Assembly: GCA_951406725.2 (NCBI GenBank)
Contig: OX597822.1
Span: 32,736,001 to 32,800,000 of the forward strand
Direction: 5' to 3'
DNA from: Octopus vulgaris
Lineage: Eukaryota
Length of the DNA: 64,000 nucleotides
Shown here: positions 26,785 to 41,238 of the stretch, piece by piece
Layout: every line of letters begins with the position of its first letter
Numbering within the stretch: the stretch's first letter is position 1
Translations under genes and position numbers: made by a program
The notes under the pieces: model-generated
Seen by the model: only the letters and a program-made list of their open reading frames with translations
Database searches by the model: none
What the model was told of the DNA's origin: nothing

Positions 26785-28070
26785 TATTGGGTTGGCAAGG
26801 TGGTAATTACGGTGTTTTAGTGAGAAATAAAAAGTAATTTTTTTCACACAAAGAATGAACTTTCATCAATTATATATTTTATACTTTTTCGATGACATTT
26901 TGCCATTTTTCTGGTAACTTCATGATTCCGCGCTCATAGAACTTCTGTTCCTTATCAGCTAAAAACTGATGCAAGTGAGATTTTATATCATCAATCATTA
27001 TTAAAAGTTTTATAATTGAAAGAATTTTGCAAACTTCGAAATTAAGGGCAATCTGATGGTGCAAGGTCAGGGCTATATGGTGGATGTGACATCACTTCCC
27101 AACCAAGCTCCAATAAATTTTCATGAGTTAGCAAAGACGTATGTGGTCTAGCGTTGTCATGGTGGAACACGATTCCTTTAGGGTTTGCAAATTTTGGCCG
27201 TTTTTGTTTCATTACTTGATCCAGTTCCTTTAGTGGCTGATAGTAAACATCTGAGTTGAGCGTTTGGTTCCTTGGAAGCAGCTCAAAATAGGTAACACCT
27301 TTTCCATCTCACCAAATTTACAGCATGGCCTTTTTTATGCAATTCAGCTTTCGATGTGGGTTGTGCTGGTTCATTACGCTAGGACCACGATCATTTTCAA
27401 TTAACGCTATTGTAGACAATCCATTTTCATCGCCAGTGACAGTCATTTAAAAAAAGTCGACTTAATTGCGTTTGAGGTGTATATCGCAAATATTGACTGG
27501 TTGTGTTAAGTGAATCTCTTTCAATTAATGTGGAACCCAAATATCGAACTTCTCAATGAGTCCAAGACATTTTAAGTGATTTTCAGTTGTTGTGTGTAAT
27601 ACAGTTAACCTCTCTGCAACCTCTTGTTCAGTTATAGGACAATCAAATTCAATTATGGCTTCGATTCGGTCATCATCAACTTCAGCAGGTCGACCTATAA
27701 AGGTTGATCAAATTTAAGTGAAACATTTCTGGAACGGAATTTTGTAAACTACTTCTGACAGGTGTGTTCTGTTAAGCAATCAACACCATAAACTTCACAT
27801 ATCTCTTAATGAATCACTGCAGCTTTCTTGTCTTTACGGAAATAAAAATGTAAAATATAGTGAAAACGTTATTTTTTGCACTCCATGTTAAAAATTATGC
27901 TGAACTAATAGCTATAACCGAAATTAGACGCAATTTGCTTCTAAAGTAAGCTAAAAATAATGGCTATGAAATGTCAAAAAGAAAATATCATAACATTGAC
28001 AAAAGTCATTTAAAAAATCGTAACTCTCTCTATTTGCGAAAAACGAAATTATTTTCTTGTCATCCCAATA
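26785..28070 (-). mobile_element. Full-length decayed mariner (about 1.29 kb) with both TIRs and TA target duplication
   Basis: The ends TATTGGGTTGGCAAG..TAAT and ATTATTTTCTTGTCATCCCAATA are inverted. The minus strand encodes MECKK*RFHYILHFYFRK..., HPPYSPDLAP and FYERGIMKLPEKWQNVIE. Confidence 0.92.
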
Positions 28071-29619
28071 GTAGATGATTTTTTTTTGTTTGGTAAGTTT
28101 CATAGAATACATAATTTCGTGATATTGATGATGCTATATATCTGACCAGTTGATTTGATTCCCACAACAGGTGATATCACTTAATCATCACGGATAAATT
28201 GCAAGTGACATATGCATTATCTTGTAATAACTTTCGTTTTTTTTTTCGCTGATAAATGATTTCATAGACACTCGTAATTAAACAGTATCAAGCTGTTGCT
28301 TTTGTTGATCTTTTCCTTCCTTTTCTTCACCTGGTCTTCATCAATTTCTTTTTCAGTACGTAAATAAATCTAAAACAAAATATAAAATGAGTACGACCTT
28401 TAATAATTCAAGTTACACTTAAAAGACAAGATACGAAGATACATAACTGTGAATTGAACTTTGTGTGGTAAAGAGATAGAATCGATTTCTACGGCACTAT
28501 GGACTAATTTTTGCCTTAAGGATCTACTGGTATAACGATTTGCATGTCGATTTGCATGTCAAATTGCATGAGAAAATTAATGTAATTGCTTTGCTAAATA
28601 TGAAGTCAGTGGAGTTTTGGCCCTTGCTATCAGGACATAGGCCCTGGTAGAAAGAGCTGTGCCACGAGGATACATGGAATTTGGAATCATGTGCTGTTAC
28701 GTAAGACCGAGGTGGATGCGAGAAACCAAGCGCAGAGATAGTAAATTTTAAGGCTGTCGGTATGTTGGTACCTCAGTATGTGTCTAAGAAAATACAAGTA
28801 TCTCGACTGTTAAATTCTTGGCATGGTGCTATTTTTGCTGAACAATACAGGCTGGTAGAAGTGGAGAAGCTTCCTGCAAGATATGTTTTACCATAAGTAA
28901 TTTCAGAAAGTGGCGTTACACTAATAAATTTTCATACAAGTTATGAAATATTCTAAGGTATAAAATCGAGTCTGTACAAGATAATGTATAAATGAGGCAA
29001 ACCTATGTAATCTTTAATAAACGGTACACAAAAGTCTGATCTTATCTTGTGACAAATATTCCACAAATTTATTTTTGCAGAACACGTGTAGATGAAAATA
29101 CTGCATTCCAGAAGCTAGTAAGCTTATAGGAACATCGTGAGAAGATAGGCGCCGCTTTGGGGCCTTTCTCTCGACGGCATTATTGCGACCACCACCTCAA
29201 AGAATTGAAGGCCCACTTACTAGATAAGACTGGTTACTAGTTTCCGCTCAATATTAGTCGCTTTTTAAACAAATATAGCAACACATATTCAAAGAGAATC
29301 ATAATACTACGTTATATTTCCCTGCTCACAATTTGACGTTTTGGCATATAATGCGTCGTATTATTGGTATTAAAGCAGTTGATCTGTAGATAATTGTGTC
29401 ACCAGTAACACCGCCTTCCGGCAATTAGGTGTTTATTATTATCATGCTTGCGTCAAATTCTGTTCTTTCATCATTCTTGTATGGTCGATTAAATAATTAG
29501 CAGACAAGCACTAATTAAATCGATTATTCCTTTTTTCCAAATAGTTTGGTAATATAACTAGTAGTAGTAGAACACAGCATTATTGATATTAAACCTTAGC
29601 ATGTGTGTGTGTGTGTGAG

Positions 29620-29673
<54 letters not shown>

Positions 29674-31071
29674 CATGTGTGTGTATGTATTTATGTATGT
29701 ATATGGGGGAGGGATCGGTCGACATATTTTCCCCATATAGAATTAGACTCCTGAAGCATGAATAATAATTTACGCCGAGGTTTTAGGTGAAATATTAATA
29801 ACTCCATAATTTTTACAATGCGGTAACAAGATAAACCTAAAACTGGGTACCAATGATTTGTTTCTCTGAAATTAGACGGCAGTCATGAGTTTTTGTCCGG
29901 GTACTACTCTAGAGCATGTTGCTGTTACTTTGAAGAAGCATTTAAAATAACTGGACCAGATTCATCTTTCGAAAGACAAGGTCAAGTTGAAAGTATACGG
30001 GTCGTGATTGAGTCACTGAAAAGACCGGAAGTCATTAATCTATAATACTTGATCTAGAATCGTCGATGCATATAAAATTTATATTTCCTTTGCCTGGTAC
30101 ATGCGGCGAAAGATGTTGTTTGGTGGACGAGGTTGAAAGGCCAGCAGACAGAGACATTCCACTTTGGTAGAAGCCACATCGACTTCTTCAAGTTTCACTT
30201 TAAAAATGCAGTATTCTGTCTTGTAACACAAAATCCACTTTTAAGTAGAAATAAATATTATCTTTTGGTATTAATACTATTATTTTTTTATGAACCAATT
30301 GGCTTTTTACCACACCGGTACCCGAAGAGACTCTGATGTTCTATGTATATCGCTGACAGAAGAATCACTGCTATCCGCAGCCATGGACGTCTGCTATTGA
30401 CAAGACCATGGAAGGCCGAAATCATTTGATTTTTCGGTTCTGGAGGCTGTAGCGGGCCATTACCTCACACTAAGTATATAGACACGAATATATGGACACG
30501 AGTCCGTATAAGAAGTTATTTCATGATAACTATCACAGTATTCTTAGTTCTAACACAAAATGAGGATAAATATTACCCAATAAAGTCTATTACACATTTC
30601 ATTTCTTATTTTATTAATACTATATATATATACATATATATTTTTCATCAACAAATTTCTCCCCCAACTAAATATGAACACACAACTCAATACAGAACAC
30701 CACTAACTCTTCAATTTAAACCACTAAACCCTATACACTACCTACATCACTCACATCTCACATCTCCCTTACAAATAATTTTTTTTCTCAGGAACTATTA
30801 GACCTGACACCGTATATAAACCGGTGTTGTTCAAACGATGAATAGCCTTCGCGTTTTGTTCTCTTACTTTATTATTATTATCATCTTATAATCCTTTCAT
30901 AATAATGACCTTTATGACTCGTATTACTACCTCAGTCAATCTAAATGTATATATTTGTCACTACCTGTCATAAATAGCCAATTCTCTATCTGCAAAATGC
31001 ATTTTCGTTGATTTTTCATATTTTACCCTTACATTTCCACGTGTATTTTATATTTTTTCGTAACATATTTC

Positions 31072-31123
<52 letters not shown>

Positions 31124-33112
31124 ATATTGAGTGGATGAGTAATTTGCAATATATATACAAAACCATGTGACAGCGTGTCTGTGTGTATGGTATATTTAGA
31201 CAAAGCGTATTTCCTGCTCCTTTTTTGTGGCTACCACTTCTGTTATGAGAGGTTACATCTTCCCGTTATCACAGTCAAAACCAAGTTCCTCCCAGGAAGC
31301 TTTGGTTAACGCATAGTTGTTCTAGGAAAGCGTGGCTATGGTGTCACGCAGTGGGCCCTAACGTAGTTGTCAAGCAAAGTTCTTAACCAGAAATTTATAC
31401 TCACGCCAATGACTTCCTACGGCATCCAGGATTCCAGACGGCGAGTAACAGAGATGTTAAAATACAGTGACGTTAGAAACTCCAGTGTTTTGCCAAAAGC
31501 AATTCATTTTACTTCGGCAATGCTATTCCATGGTTAAGTTTTATTCTCCTGTGCTGTATCAAAAGTAGAACTGTCGTACTAATAGTGCCCTTCAGTATAT
31601 GTTTTGTGCTATTTACCCACTTCTTTTACTAAAATCAATTAGAAAAACTCGTTTAGCAGTTCATGTCTATTAATACTTACACGCTTCTTACAAGTAGTAA
31701 TTTTTTCAGTTTAATATTGTTTTCAGTATTCTACAATCATTAACATTCCTGTAACAAACGTCACCTATTATGACCATTTTAATGACCATTGCTGTGTTTC
31801 GTGCGATGATGTATTTTCAATATGGAAAACGGAGTTATAACAAAATATCTATTTTTGTTTCCATAGATATTGTTCTCTATTTTTCTTTTCTTTGTACATA
31901 GTATATAAGTCCATCCCTAATAAGAGCTTATTATTTACAGTTGAAGTATAACGAACAATAACAGAAAAAGCCATTTCACGACTTTCAATATCGGTCTATT
32001 TCTATATTATTGATATTGACCAAGATTTCATTTAAGAGTTTCTCATAGATATAGAATATAATTTGATGCTATTCGACAAAGTACGAAGTTAATATGACTA
32101 TTCTTTTTTTTTTTTTTTGCTTTTGTCATTTTTGTCTCATCTCTTATTAAGTTGATAAAAACAAATGTATAATATCTAATAATTATCTCTTGTCTCCATT
32201 AATAGAAACGAGAAGCAAAAATAGGTAATTGATTTTAGGAAATTGAATAAATGAGTGAAACTATAGAATATAGATTACCCATTCACAAAAAAGGAGAGAA
32301 ATATCAAAAAAAAAGAGAAAAAAAAATATATGTTGATATCCAGGGTAAAATTACCAGTAATAGTTATTTTACCGTGAATGATCGGGAGGAAGAAAAAAAC
32401 GAAAAGTAAAGTAAAAGCTCATTTAGAAGTTCATATGTGTATTCAATTCTGTCAAAAGTAGTTTGGGTCTATTTTTAGACGAGACACAAAACAGGCAGAT
32501 ATATATAAAGACATCAACTTGTTATTGTCTTTAGTGGCGTTATTGGAATCCATTATTCTCTTATGAATTGTCTTAGTTTTACATTATTTTACTGTCTAAC
32601 TTTTTTTTTTCTTAATTGTTGTTGCTATATTTAGGTTGAAACTTATAACTGGAAGATACAATGTAGAAATGATTCTAACTTTACATTGTTTTCAATAAAG
32701 TTGTTTCTTATAGACAAATATACGTTTCTTACTTTCTCACATAGCTAGAAGGTAGTATGCTGTTAGGAAAAGGAAATAAGATTGTTTTTATTTAGTTTCT
32801 CTGAGATATTAGCAATTTACAAGAATTGAAACGACAGCGTATAAGAATGGAAATAAAATATGAGAATTTAGCTCAGCATTGATTCAACACTAGCATCGTC
32901 ACAAACAAAATAATTATGTCCAACAAGTAATTTTTGCCCCAGGGAAAGGCCCCACAAATTCACTTTGCCTCATGATTTCTATTAAAATATTATGCTGGTA
33001 CTAAAAATAATTATATTCATTTTGCGTTAGGGTAGAATCTTTAAGGTTGCTTTCAATGTTAGAGGAGATAATTGCCATTACCACTTGATTATTATTATTA
33101 CTTCCACTATTA

Positions 33113-33915
33113 AGGGGAAGAAATGGCAGGATCGCTAGATCATTAGTTTTAACGTTCTGAGTTCAGATTCCATCGGGGTTGAATTTGCCTTTCATAATTT
33201 CGGGGCCGATAAATGAAGTACCAAGGAATCACTGGAGTCTATGTGATCGACTAGTCCTCTCTTCCAAAATTTCAGGCGTTGTGCCTTTAGTAGAAAGGAT
33301 TATTCCAGTTTTAAGGTGACGAGCTCGTAGAATCATTAGCACGCCTCCATCTTTACATGCTGAGTTCAAATTTTGCCGAAGTCGACTTAGCGTTTCCCCC
33401 TCTCAGTTTGTCACAGGAGTAGATGTAATCGACTTAGCTCCTTCCTCGAAACCTGCTGTCATTGTTCCAAAATTTTAAAACATTATTACAACTACTACTG
33501 TTATTATAATCATTTTTTTACTATTAGGGCGGCGTTAGTACAACGGTCAATAGACTTAGCAGCATTGCATCCATTTTATGACAGAGTTTAAAATTCGCCG
33601 AGGCCGACCTTGTCTTTCATCTTATCGGACTCAATAAAATAATTACAAGAAAAATATTGTGGTCGGTATAATCGAAATTCCTCACCCAACAAAATTGTTG
33701 ACACTTTCCCGAAATTTCAAAACAATGAAAAGGCGGGGAGCTGATAGAATCGTTAACATGTTGGGCAAAATGCTTAATTGCAGTTCGTCCAATTTTGGGA
33801 GAGGGGGGTAATCGACCCCGGCACTCAACTGGTACTTATTTTATCGACCCCGAAATGATAAAAGGAAAAGTCGGCCTCAGCAGAATTTGAACTCAGGACG
33901 TAAAAGAGGACATTC
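33113..33915. mobile_element. Cluster of 4-5 degenerate SINE family A copies
   Basis: Repeated GAGTTCAAATT..GCCGA.GTCGAC and GCCTTTCAT..GGGG.CGATAAA motifs at about 33113, 33312, 33527 and 33730 (+) and 33795-33915 (-). Confidence 0.7.
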
Positions 33916-34615
33916 TGTCTAATATTCAGTGAATATTGTGCGCTTGTGCTTTAGTGCATTTAACTATAAACTTCGTTCTAATCCACGTTTAAAAGATGCT
34001 ATGACCAAATGCGAAAAAGTGAATTATTAAACATGTAGCCATTTGCAAATTGAAAAATAATGACATATATTTAATTTTACGCGCTGTAATAGAACACGCT
34101 GTTTTGAAATAACCTTCGACTTCGATATCGTTTAATTCATATTAATTTTAATTATAATTGTAGCTAATATTTGGTTGATACAAGTAATCGCGTTTGGCGT
34201 TTAGATGATAAAAATATATAACCTCTGAAATTAATATTCCTATTGATTCGTTTTTATTTACAAGGAAAAATTTGAAAATATCACGTAGTTCGCGTTCCAC
34301 ACCACTAAGACAATTTCCTTTCATAAAATTTTAATATTAGGAAACTGGGAGGATGCGATATTTGAGATTTTCCCAAAGGCATTAATCGCAAATTAGTCTC
34401 AAACTGAAGCTTGAAAATACGTCATCACATCGGTTAGATTAACGCTTATTACTTGAACCTCGATGCCTAACACGTTATAAAACTAATGTTGACGTATTTA
34501 TTTGTATAAATTGGAAATAAATAAATGGTGAGATTTAATTTGTATCATCGACGTGAGTTTTGTTTTGTTCCTCTCTCTCTATATATATAAATATATATAT
34601 ATATGTATTAAAATC

Positions 34616-34851
34616 ATAATTTAGGGTATCTAAGAGATACCTCCACGGTGGAAATAGCAGCGAAAACCTGACTCTAAACCACATTAAATGTTCATACCGC
34701 ACCAGGAGAGAATTATCCAGCAATTTTTTGCTAGTTCATCTTGTCCTTTGGTCTTCTCTCGTGTTGCGGTATGAAGATTTAATGTGGTTTTAGAGTCAAG
34801 TTTTGGCTGCTATTTCCAGCGTGGAGGTATCTCTTAGATACCCTAAATTAT
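34616..34851. repeat. Fold-back element (arms about 95 bp, spacer about 45 bp)
   Basis: ataatttagggtatctaagagatacctccacg...cataccgcac is mirrored by gttgcggtatgaa...cgtggaggtatctcttagataccctaaattat. A TA run lies immediately to the left. Confidence 0.88.
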
Positions 34852-37800
34852 ATAATTTGAATGACAATTATTACCTTTGTATGTTTTTATTCCCATGCTG
34901 GCCACTTGATAAGATCAATAATTAAATCAACGATCTTAGATATATATATATATATATTGCTGATCCGAATTTCAGCACTGATCTAAGGATTAATTAAACA
35001 TTGACTTACTGAATACTATATACGGAATGGACAAGTGAAATAATATGTTTATGTATTCTGTCCATAATAATAAACTATCAACGGCACAGACGCTAATGCA
35101 TCAAGTAAAAGTGTTAAGTGATATTTAGCTACATCTTCCCAAATCTTGCCGGGTCTATTTTGCCTTGCATCAAATTTTGAATGGATAGTAATAAGAATTA
35201 ATCATACATTCAGATCAATTAAATGTTTATATGTTTATCTTCTACAGAATATTAGAAAATACGGATAAAATCTGTACAAAACACGATATTCGAATATTTT
35301 TATCTTCGTTAGGATGAAGCAATATCATATGTACACTGGCTTAACAAACATAGAGGAGCTGGTAAACGAACTCTTGTCCCCGTAGCTTACTGTACATACA
35401 ATCCTATACTTTCATCTCGGAGGACACGTCATTTACTTTCAAGCTTTCCCCTAGTTACTAGTATTATTCTATTTTATAACATCTTTTCTTACCAGGTTCA
35501 ACAGTTTGGCTAATGCTTAGCTAATAGGCTTCTGCTTAAAATTACTTGAATGTCTACCTCTGATATCACTCCTAAATCGTGCGGTATCTGCACACTCACT
35601 ATAAGATATATTAAGATTATATTAAGCTACAGACAGTCAGGTCTCTTTAAATCACTACATCACCAAGCTGAATATCTGCATGTATCACAGAATTTTCACC
35701 TGTATAAAAGACAAAAGTGGCCACTGCTCTAAGAATATCAAACACGCTTTAGGGAAGTCAGAAAGTTTTTCAGTTATTTCGCTTTAGATTCGATCCTTCT
35801 TCGCAATAGTCTGGTGTGTTATCTTGTGCAGTAATGTTAGCAGACCAAAATCGTGACTTTATTGGATAGAAAGTTTGTAGAAAGCCATCAGAGGAAGATT
35901 TTCAACGCTTAGTTGATAGATTTAATTCAGCATCCAGTTTAAATTTCCATCTGGTCTATGACTACTTTCTCTCTCTAAGCAACCAGAGAGTGTGCCTAAT
36001 CATCTATCATTGCTATTGATGATATGAATATTATAAAGGAGTTGGCTAGTTGGTGTTAGTCTCGTGATTTTTGTGCGGAATATTGATTAACACATATCTG
36101 TTATCAAACAATATAAGCGTATATGCAAGTCTGATCACCCAAATTACCATTCCAAGTCATAACTACTTTCCAAATGCAGACATGTGTTAGCATTGGATTA
36201 TAGATCTTTCTGAGATAGTAGAGTCAAACTTTAAAATCTGAACAGACAAGTGACAGCATCATCTTGTCTAAGAAAATAATAGTAAACTTAATAAGTTTTG
36301 TCTTCTGGTGACAAACATTAACATTTTGAGAAGACATTTGCATGGATAAAAAAAAACCCAGATACTTAATAGAAGACACGTTTTATATAGTCAGCAAAGA
36401 TTCACGCTGTCTTTCAAAATTACCTAGGAACTGATTGATATTTATTTGTAAGTTTTATGTGCTTTTCTCTGCATATTTTTATTTCTCGTTTATTTCAATT
36501 TCAGACCACATCATTGTAAATTGCACTTAGCGCTGTTTCACTACCAACCACATTGCTTATTGTATTTAAGTAGTTGATGATTGCCGCTATTAAGATGCTA
36601 AAGCTTAAACTGACAGTAACACTGACACTGTTGATATGTTTGCTGCTTCTTACCATTTTGTCTGATAATAATCTGACTACGCCCATCACTTGCGTTCTCA
36701 CCAACCACAATTACACATTATAGAAAAGTATGGGATCACTTTGAAAGCTTAGCAAGTGCTGTGGGGTCCTTAATGCTTGTAACGATTCTGCATTTCCTAG
36801 CAGTTATTTATGTCTTAAGTGTGTCAGGTCCAGACTTTGTTTCATTAATATGTGTAGTGGCTACGGCTTTGCGCCGTTTAAACAGAAAACGTCATACTTG
36901 ATAGATGCATTGAAGATGTGTTGATTCATAGATTAAGTTGTTTTATATCTTAGAGATGTTTAATGTTGTGAATTACTGTCGCATGTAGAATTTTGGGTAA
37001 GCCTGAAGCGCAGTATCATGCAAATATGAGAAGGTATTATTAAAAATGACTGCAAGCAAATCAGTAAGGATAGAAGCAGATTGTACTATGTAATGAATCT
37101 TGAAATATCTTACGTTTGATAGTGTAGTGACAGGAGAAACTTTTACCGAAGCACACAAAAATGATAGGGTTCTATCGGACGCATCTAATCCGAAAACATC
37201 TAGACAATAGATATGCAATTTTATTAAATATCGCGGAAACCAAAATATAGTTAAAATCTGTGAAGTTCATTGACATTGAATTTACGAACTTCTAAATTGT
37301 GAATAATCATGGTAAAGGAGCAAGAATGTGGGTGATCGCTTACATTTGTAGAGAATCCATATTGGTTGATTCTGAAAAACAAGAATGCAAACTTTAATTG
37401 AAGTTAATGATTTACGGCCTCTGCAATAACTTCATTTGAGAATTTGGAAACGAGGTTTGTTGGGCGTGGTGAATCATCAGACACGTACTTGGTTTATGGA
37501 TAGAGATTCAAAATAGACTTTTCCCAAAAATTTATGATAGGTAACTATCGCAGGATAGTAATGGAATATTAGTGAAAAATATGGATAGTCTATGAAGATA
37601 GGTTTGGAGTGTAATCTTTAGACGTGATAAAAAATACATCGTTAACACTGTTCCCTTGATAGACTGGCGTGTTCGAAATTTATAATGATGTATACAAGAG
37701 CGTGATATTTGAACCAAATAGAACAATAGTTTGCAGGAATAATTATTAGGCACATAAAATGTGGAGTTGAAGTAAGTATGTTTTCGTATTCCGGTTTTTA

Positions 37801-38994
37801 TGTGCGTAAACTCTCGTATATTCATATAAATATGAGTATTTTATTATAACGTTTATTTTTGGCTGAATAGGAAAGGTTTGCCTCAGTGCCATTCAGATAT
37901 CCAGTGTTTGAGTATAACGTATGTATTGATCCAGAAGGATTATACTACCAGACTAAATGTATATATGATAGATGCACTTATTGAAAAAGAACACTACCTT
38001 AGTATAGACATGTATTATAGGAATAGAAATAAACCTGATTTGGTTGTAGATTTGGATAACTACGAATTTAAGAAACATGAAACTTAAAGCCTAAATTTTT
38101 TAAAGATAAAATTTGAAATGCTAAGCAAATAATACATGACCAAAATAATATAAACAAGTGAAAAACAGAAAAGAAGAATGCGTAAGTATAAATAAAACAT
38201 TTCTAGGCATTAATTTTATAAAAATTGTTAACGTAAATCATAAAACCTAAATATAGAACGAGTAATATAAACAGTTGAAATCCAAAAGCATAGCAAAATG
38301 AAATTCTTGTACATTTATAGACTATTGGCTAAAATGTTAAACTAGAAATCTCCATTAAAAATAAAAACCAAATGAAATTAATAATATAACTATAGAACAT
38401 TTTTTTATTTAGTAATTTGCAAAATAAAACTAATAAAATTGTGAAAATCGATAGATTTCGAATACTTGTCGAACACCGCCCTGGAAAGAAAATAGTACGT
38501 AATTATATAACAGGAATATTAAAAAATTAATGGCAAGAGGGTGCAATAAAACTATTCCAAATGCTTGAATCTGTAAACACCAGTGTCACAAAGGTATATC
38601 AAACAAGTTACACCACACACACACATACACACAAACATACAGAAATATACATACATACACACACACAGACACGCATACAAACACACACACGCACACATAT
38701 ATATATTTACATACATATATATATTTAGAGAGAGAGATTTGGTGAGAAGCAAAGATTGAACTCCTTATTCGAAAATATAAGGACACAGATGTTGTGTCAT
38801 ATGGCCAACTGGAAACGATGTTTCCTGGGGCTAGACAACAGTAACAATTCCAGGTCAGCCACATTATGTTGGCAAATAGCCTTTACTTTATATATATATA
38901 TATATATAAACCAGCTTAGGGAAGAAGAAGAAACGAAACGAAACGAAACAACTCGAATCGAATCGATGCGAGGGCGCTCAGTCATACAATAGTG

Positions 38995-39370
38995 TAATAA
39001 ATAAAATATATGCATGCATACAAACATATATATACGTACCTACATCTACATGTATATATACATATATATATAAATATATATACGTGTGTACAGGACACCA
39101 CAAATAGACGTAGAACTCAACGAGAAACGAAAAAGTAGAAACGGCATGGAACGGACCATTTTTTTAACAACGAAAAAACAGAGTACAAGACAACCACAGA
39201 AGGAAAAATCCCCTTCATCAGCTGTCCCTAGTTCAACTATAGCGGGTTTCGAAGGTGAGGACAGAACACGTCTCGTCGAACTAGTCCTTCCTGCGAAAGA
39301 ATTAAATAAAATTCCTTTGCAGAGGGGTAAAAACAAGGAAAAAATGTGACAAAAGCAGGTCGTAAAAACA
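38995..39370 (-). mobile_element. Family P1 Penelope-like terminal repeat copy
   Basis: The reverse complement aligns with 17420-17757 and with the arms of 48073-48514. Confidence 0.75.
39208..39280 (-). ncRNA. Hammerhead-like motif in type II order (family P1)
   Basis: Minus strand: GAGAC GT GT T CTGTCC [loop] GGACAG CTGATGA AGGGG. Intact CTGATGA core; the stem I closing pair is C-G here versus T-A in the 17490 copy. Confidence 0.5.
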
Positions 39371-39467
39371 ATATATATATATACGATGTGTCTTGAATGG
39401 CACAACGATGCACTATAACAACAACAATGAACTATAGTAACTGTTATAATTTAATCATCCATAGACT

Positions 39468-39510
39468 GATATAATGTTTCGGAATACAAAAATTCCATCT
39501 TCAGATACTC
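39468..39510 (-). ncRNA. Degenerate type I hammerhead motif
   Basis: Minus strand: GAGTAT CTGAAGA t GGAAT ttttgt ATTCC GAAAC ATTATA. Core, 5-bp stem II and GAAAC are intact; stems I and III are imperfect. Confidence 0.5.
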
Positions 39511-39585
39511 CCTAGCGGTTGCGAACTCGGTCTGGTCCAGGTGTAGAGATAGGAGTGTATTGTAGTTCGCTTGAAGAACTGTGTA

Positions 39586-40102
39586 AAAATAATAAATGCG
39601 CCCTTTTAAAGCCTAGCCAAGCTCATGGGCCATGTTTCCCAGTTTCTATGGCGATGTGTTCCCCAGCTGGACAGGACGCCAGTCCATTGCATGGTTACTC
39701 ATTTTTGCCAGTTGAGTGGACTGGAGCAACGTGAACTGAAGTGATTTGCTCAAGAACACAAAGCGTCTCCCGGTCCGGGAATCGAAGTCTCAATCTTACG
39801 ATCATGATGCTGACACCCTAACCACTAAGCCACGCGCCTCCACTAAAAAATAAATGCGCCCTTTTAAAGACTAACTCGGCTCATGGACCCGGTTTCTCGG
39901 TTTCAATGTCGTATGTGTTCCCCAGCTGGACGGGACGCCAGTCCATTGCAGCGTTACTCATTTTTGCCAGTTGAATGTACTGGAGCAACGTGAAATGAAG
40001 TGTTTTGCTCAAGAACACAACGCGTTGCCCGGTCCAGGAATCGAAACTACAATCTTACGATCATGGTGCTGACACCTTAACCACTAAGCCACGCGCCTTC
40101 AC
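39586..40102 (-). mobile_element. Head-to-tail dimer of a tRNA-derived SINE (family D) inside one target-site duplication
   Basis: Two units of about 258 bp (39586-39843 and 39845-40102) begin GTG(G/A)AGGCGCGTGGCTTAGTGGTTA and carry the B box TTCGATTCC. The direct repeat GAACTGTGTA lies at 39576-39585 and 40103-40112. Confidence 0.88.
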
Positions 40103-40181
40103 GAACTGTGTATTGTTTGTAAAATATGATGTTCCTTGAATACACAATACACAATGCTTCAAGCGAACTACAATATATATA

Positions 40182-40237
<56 letters not shown>

Positions 40238-40403
40238 ATCGTTGAGGTGTATTCCGTTAAGAACGTATTACAATACAAAATAGAGCCCGTTCACCCTTAG
40301 AATTACCAGATACATCTGTATAGGGATGTGTGTATGTATAGATGTAAATGTGTTTGTGGATCGGTATGTGCGTGTGGGCGTGCATCACTATATATATATA
40401 TGT

Positions 40404-40436
<33 letters not shown>

Positions 40437-41197
40437 AATATGTATATATATATACCTATAAATAATTTATACATATATATATGTATATATATGCATGTGT
40501 GTGCGTGTTTGTACGCGTGTGTATTTGTATGTATGGGGATGCTCAAATATGTAGTGGTATATCTGTGTGTGAGTGATTGCATTTATATGAGCGTATGTGT
40601 GAGTGTACTTACGAAATAATAAAATTTAGCATGTGCAGCCTAACTTGTGAAACAAAGTATACAGACAACGTACACACTGCCGCTCATGTGGAGCGTATAC
40701 AGGCACGCTCACAGCGAGTGGGTTGAAACCGTCAGCGCCTGCCAGATTCAAATGAGGTAGTTGGATGTTATAGCATTGAAATCAAACATCTACTTACGAG
40801 ACTGCGTCTTTATTTCACATGAGGAGATACAACTAGTTCAGATTATACAAGTAATCTATTACTTAATTCAAATTTAAATCCTGTGTATATGTGGATCTAT
40901 GTTGTATCGAAACATAAGCAGTGGTCATTAAACAGCTGCTTAATCGCTCGCCCTCCCTCTCCCTTTTTGTTTTCCACCTGCCTTCGTCTTTTGTCTATTT
41001 TCATAAAGCTTCCCGTTATATATATAGATATATCGGCGGTAGTGATGCCCACTATAGAAACCAGAGCATCACGATGAGCGCGTAGATTCGGGTTGAGTGG
41101 CCCCGACCACTATTATATACCGGCGTCTTGGGGTAGATGACCAGTACCATATTCATCTGAATTCAAATTTTTGCTGTACTCATCTACCATACACAAA

Positions 41198-41238
<41 letters not shown>

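Noticed and set aside
28600-28900. Possible CR1 RT C-terminal fragment (VEFW...)
   Set aside because: Too degenerate to support.
35400-37800. Possible very old LINE or coding relic (e.g. ILTDLLAVIFNN in ORF 36973..37218)
   Set aside because: Only one weak motif; no colinear RT motifs could be recovered by eye.
40753-40774. let-7-like sequence TGAGGTAGTTGGATGTTATAGC
   Set aside because: It has the seed but two substitutions and an insertion relative to the near-invariant let-7, and the flanks do not fold into a proper pre-miRNA hairpin.
40833-41028. Possible mini-Helitron on the minus strand (A|TC ... hairpin ... CTAG|T)
   Set aside because: The hairpin is AT-only and the TC end lies in a TA run. 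It is equally explained as another element terminus in a microsatellite.
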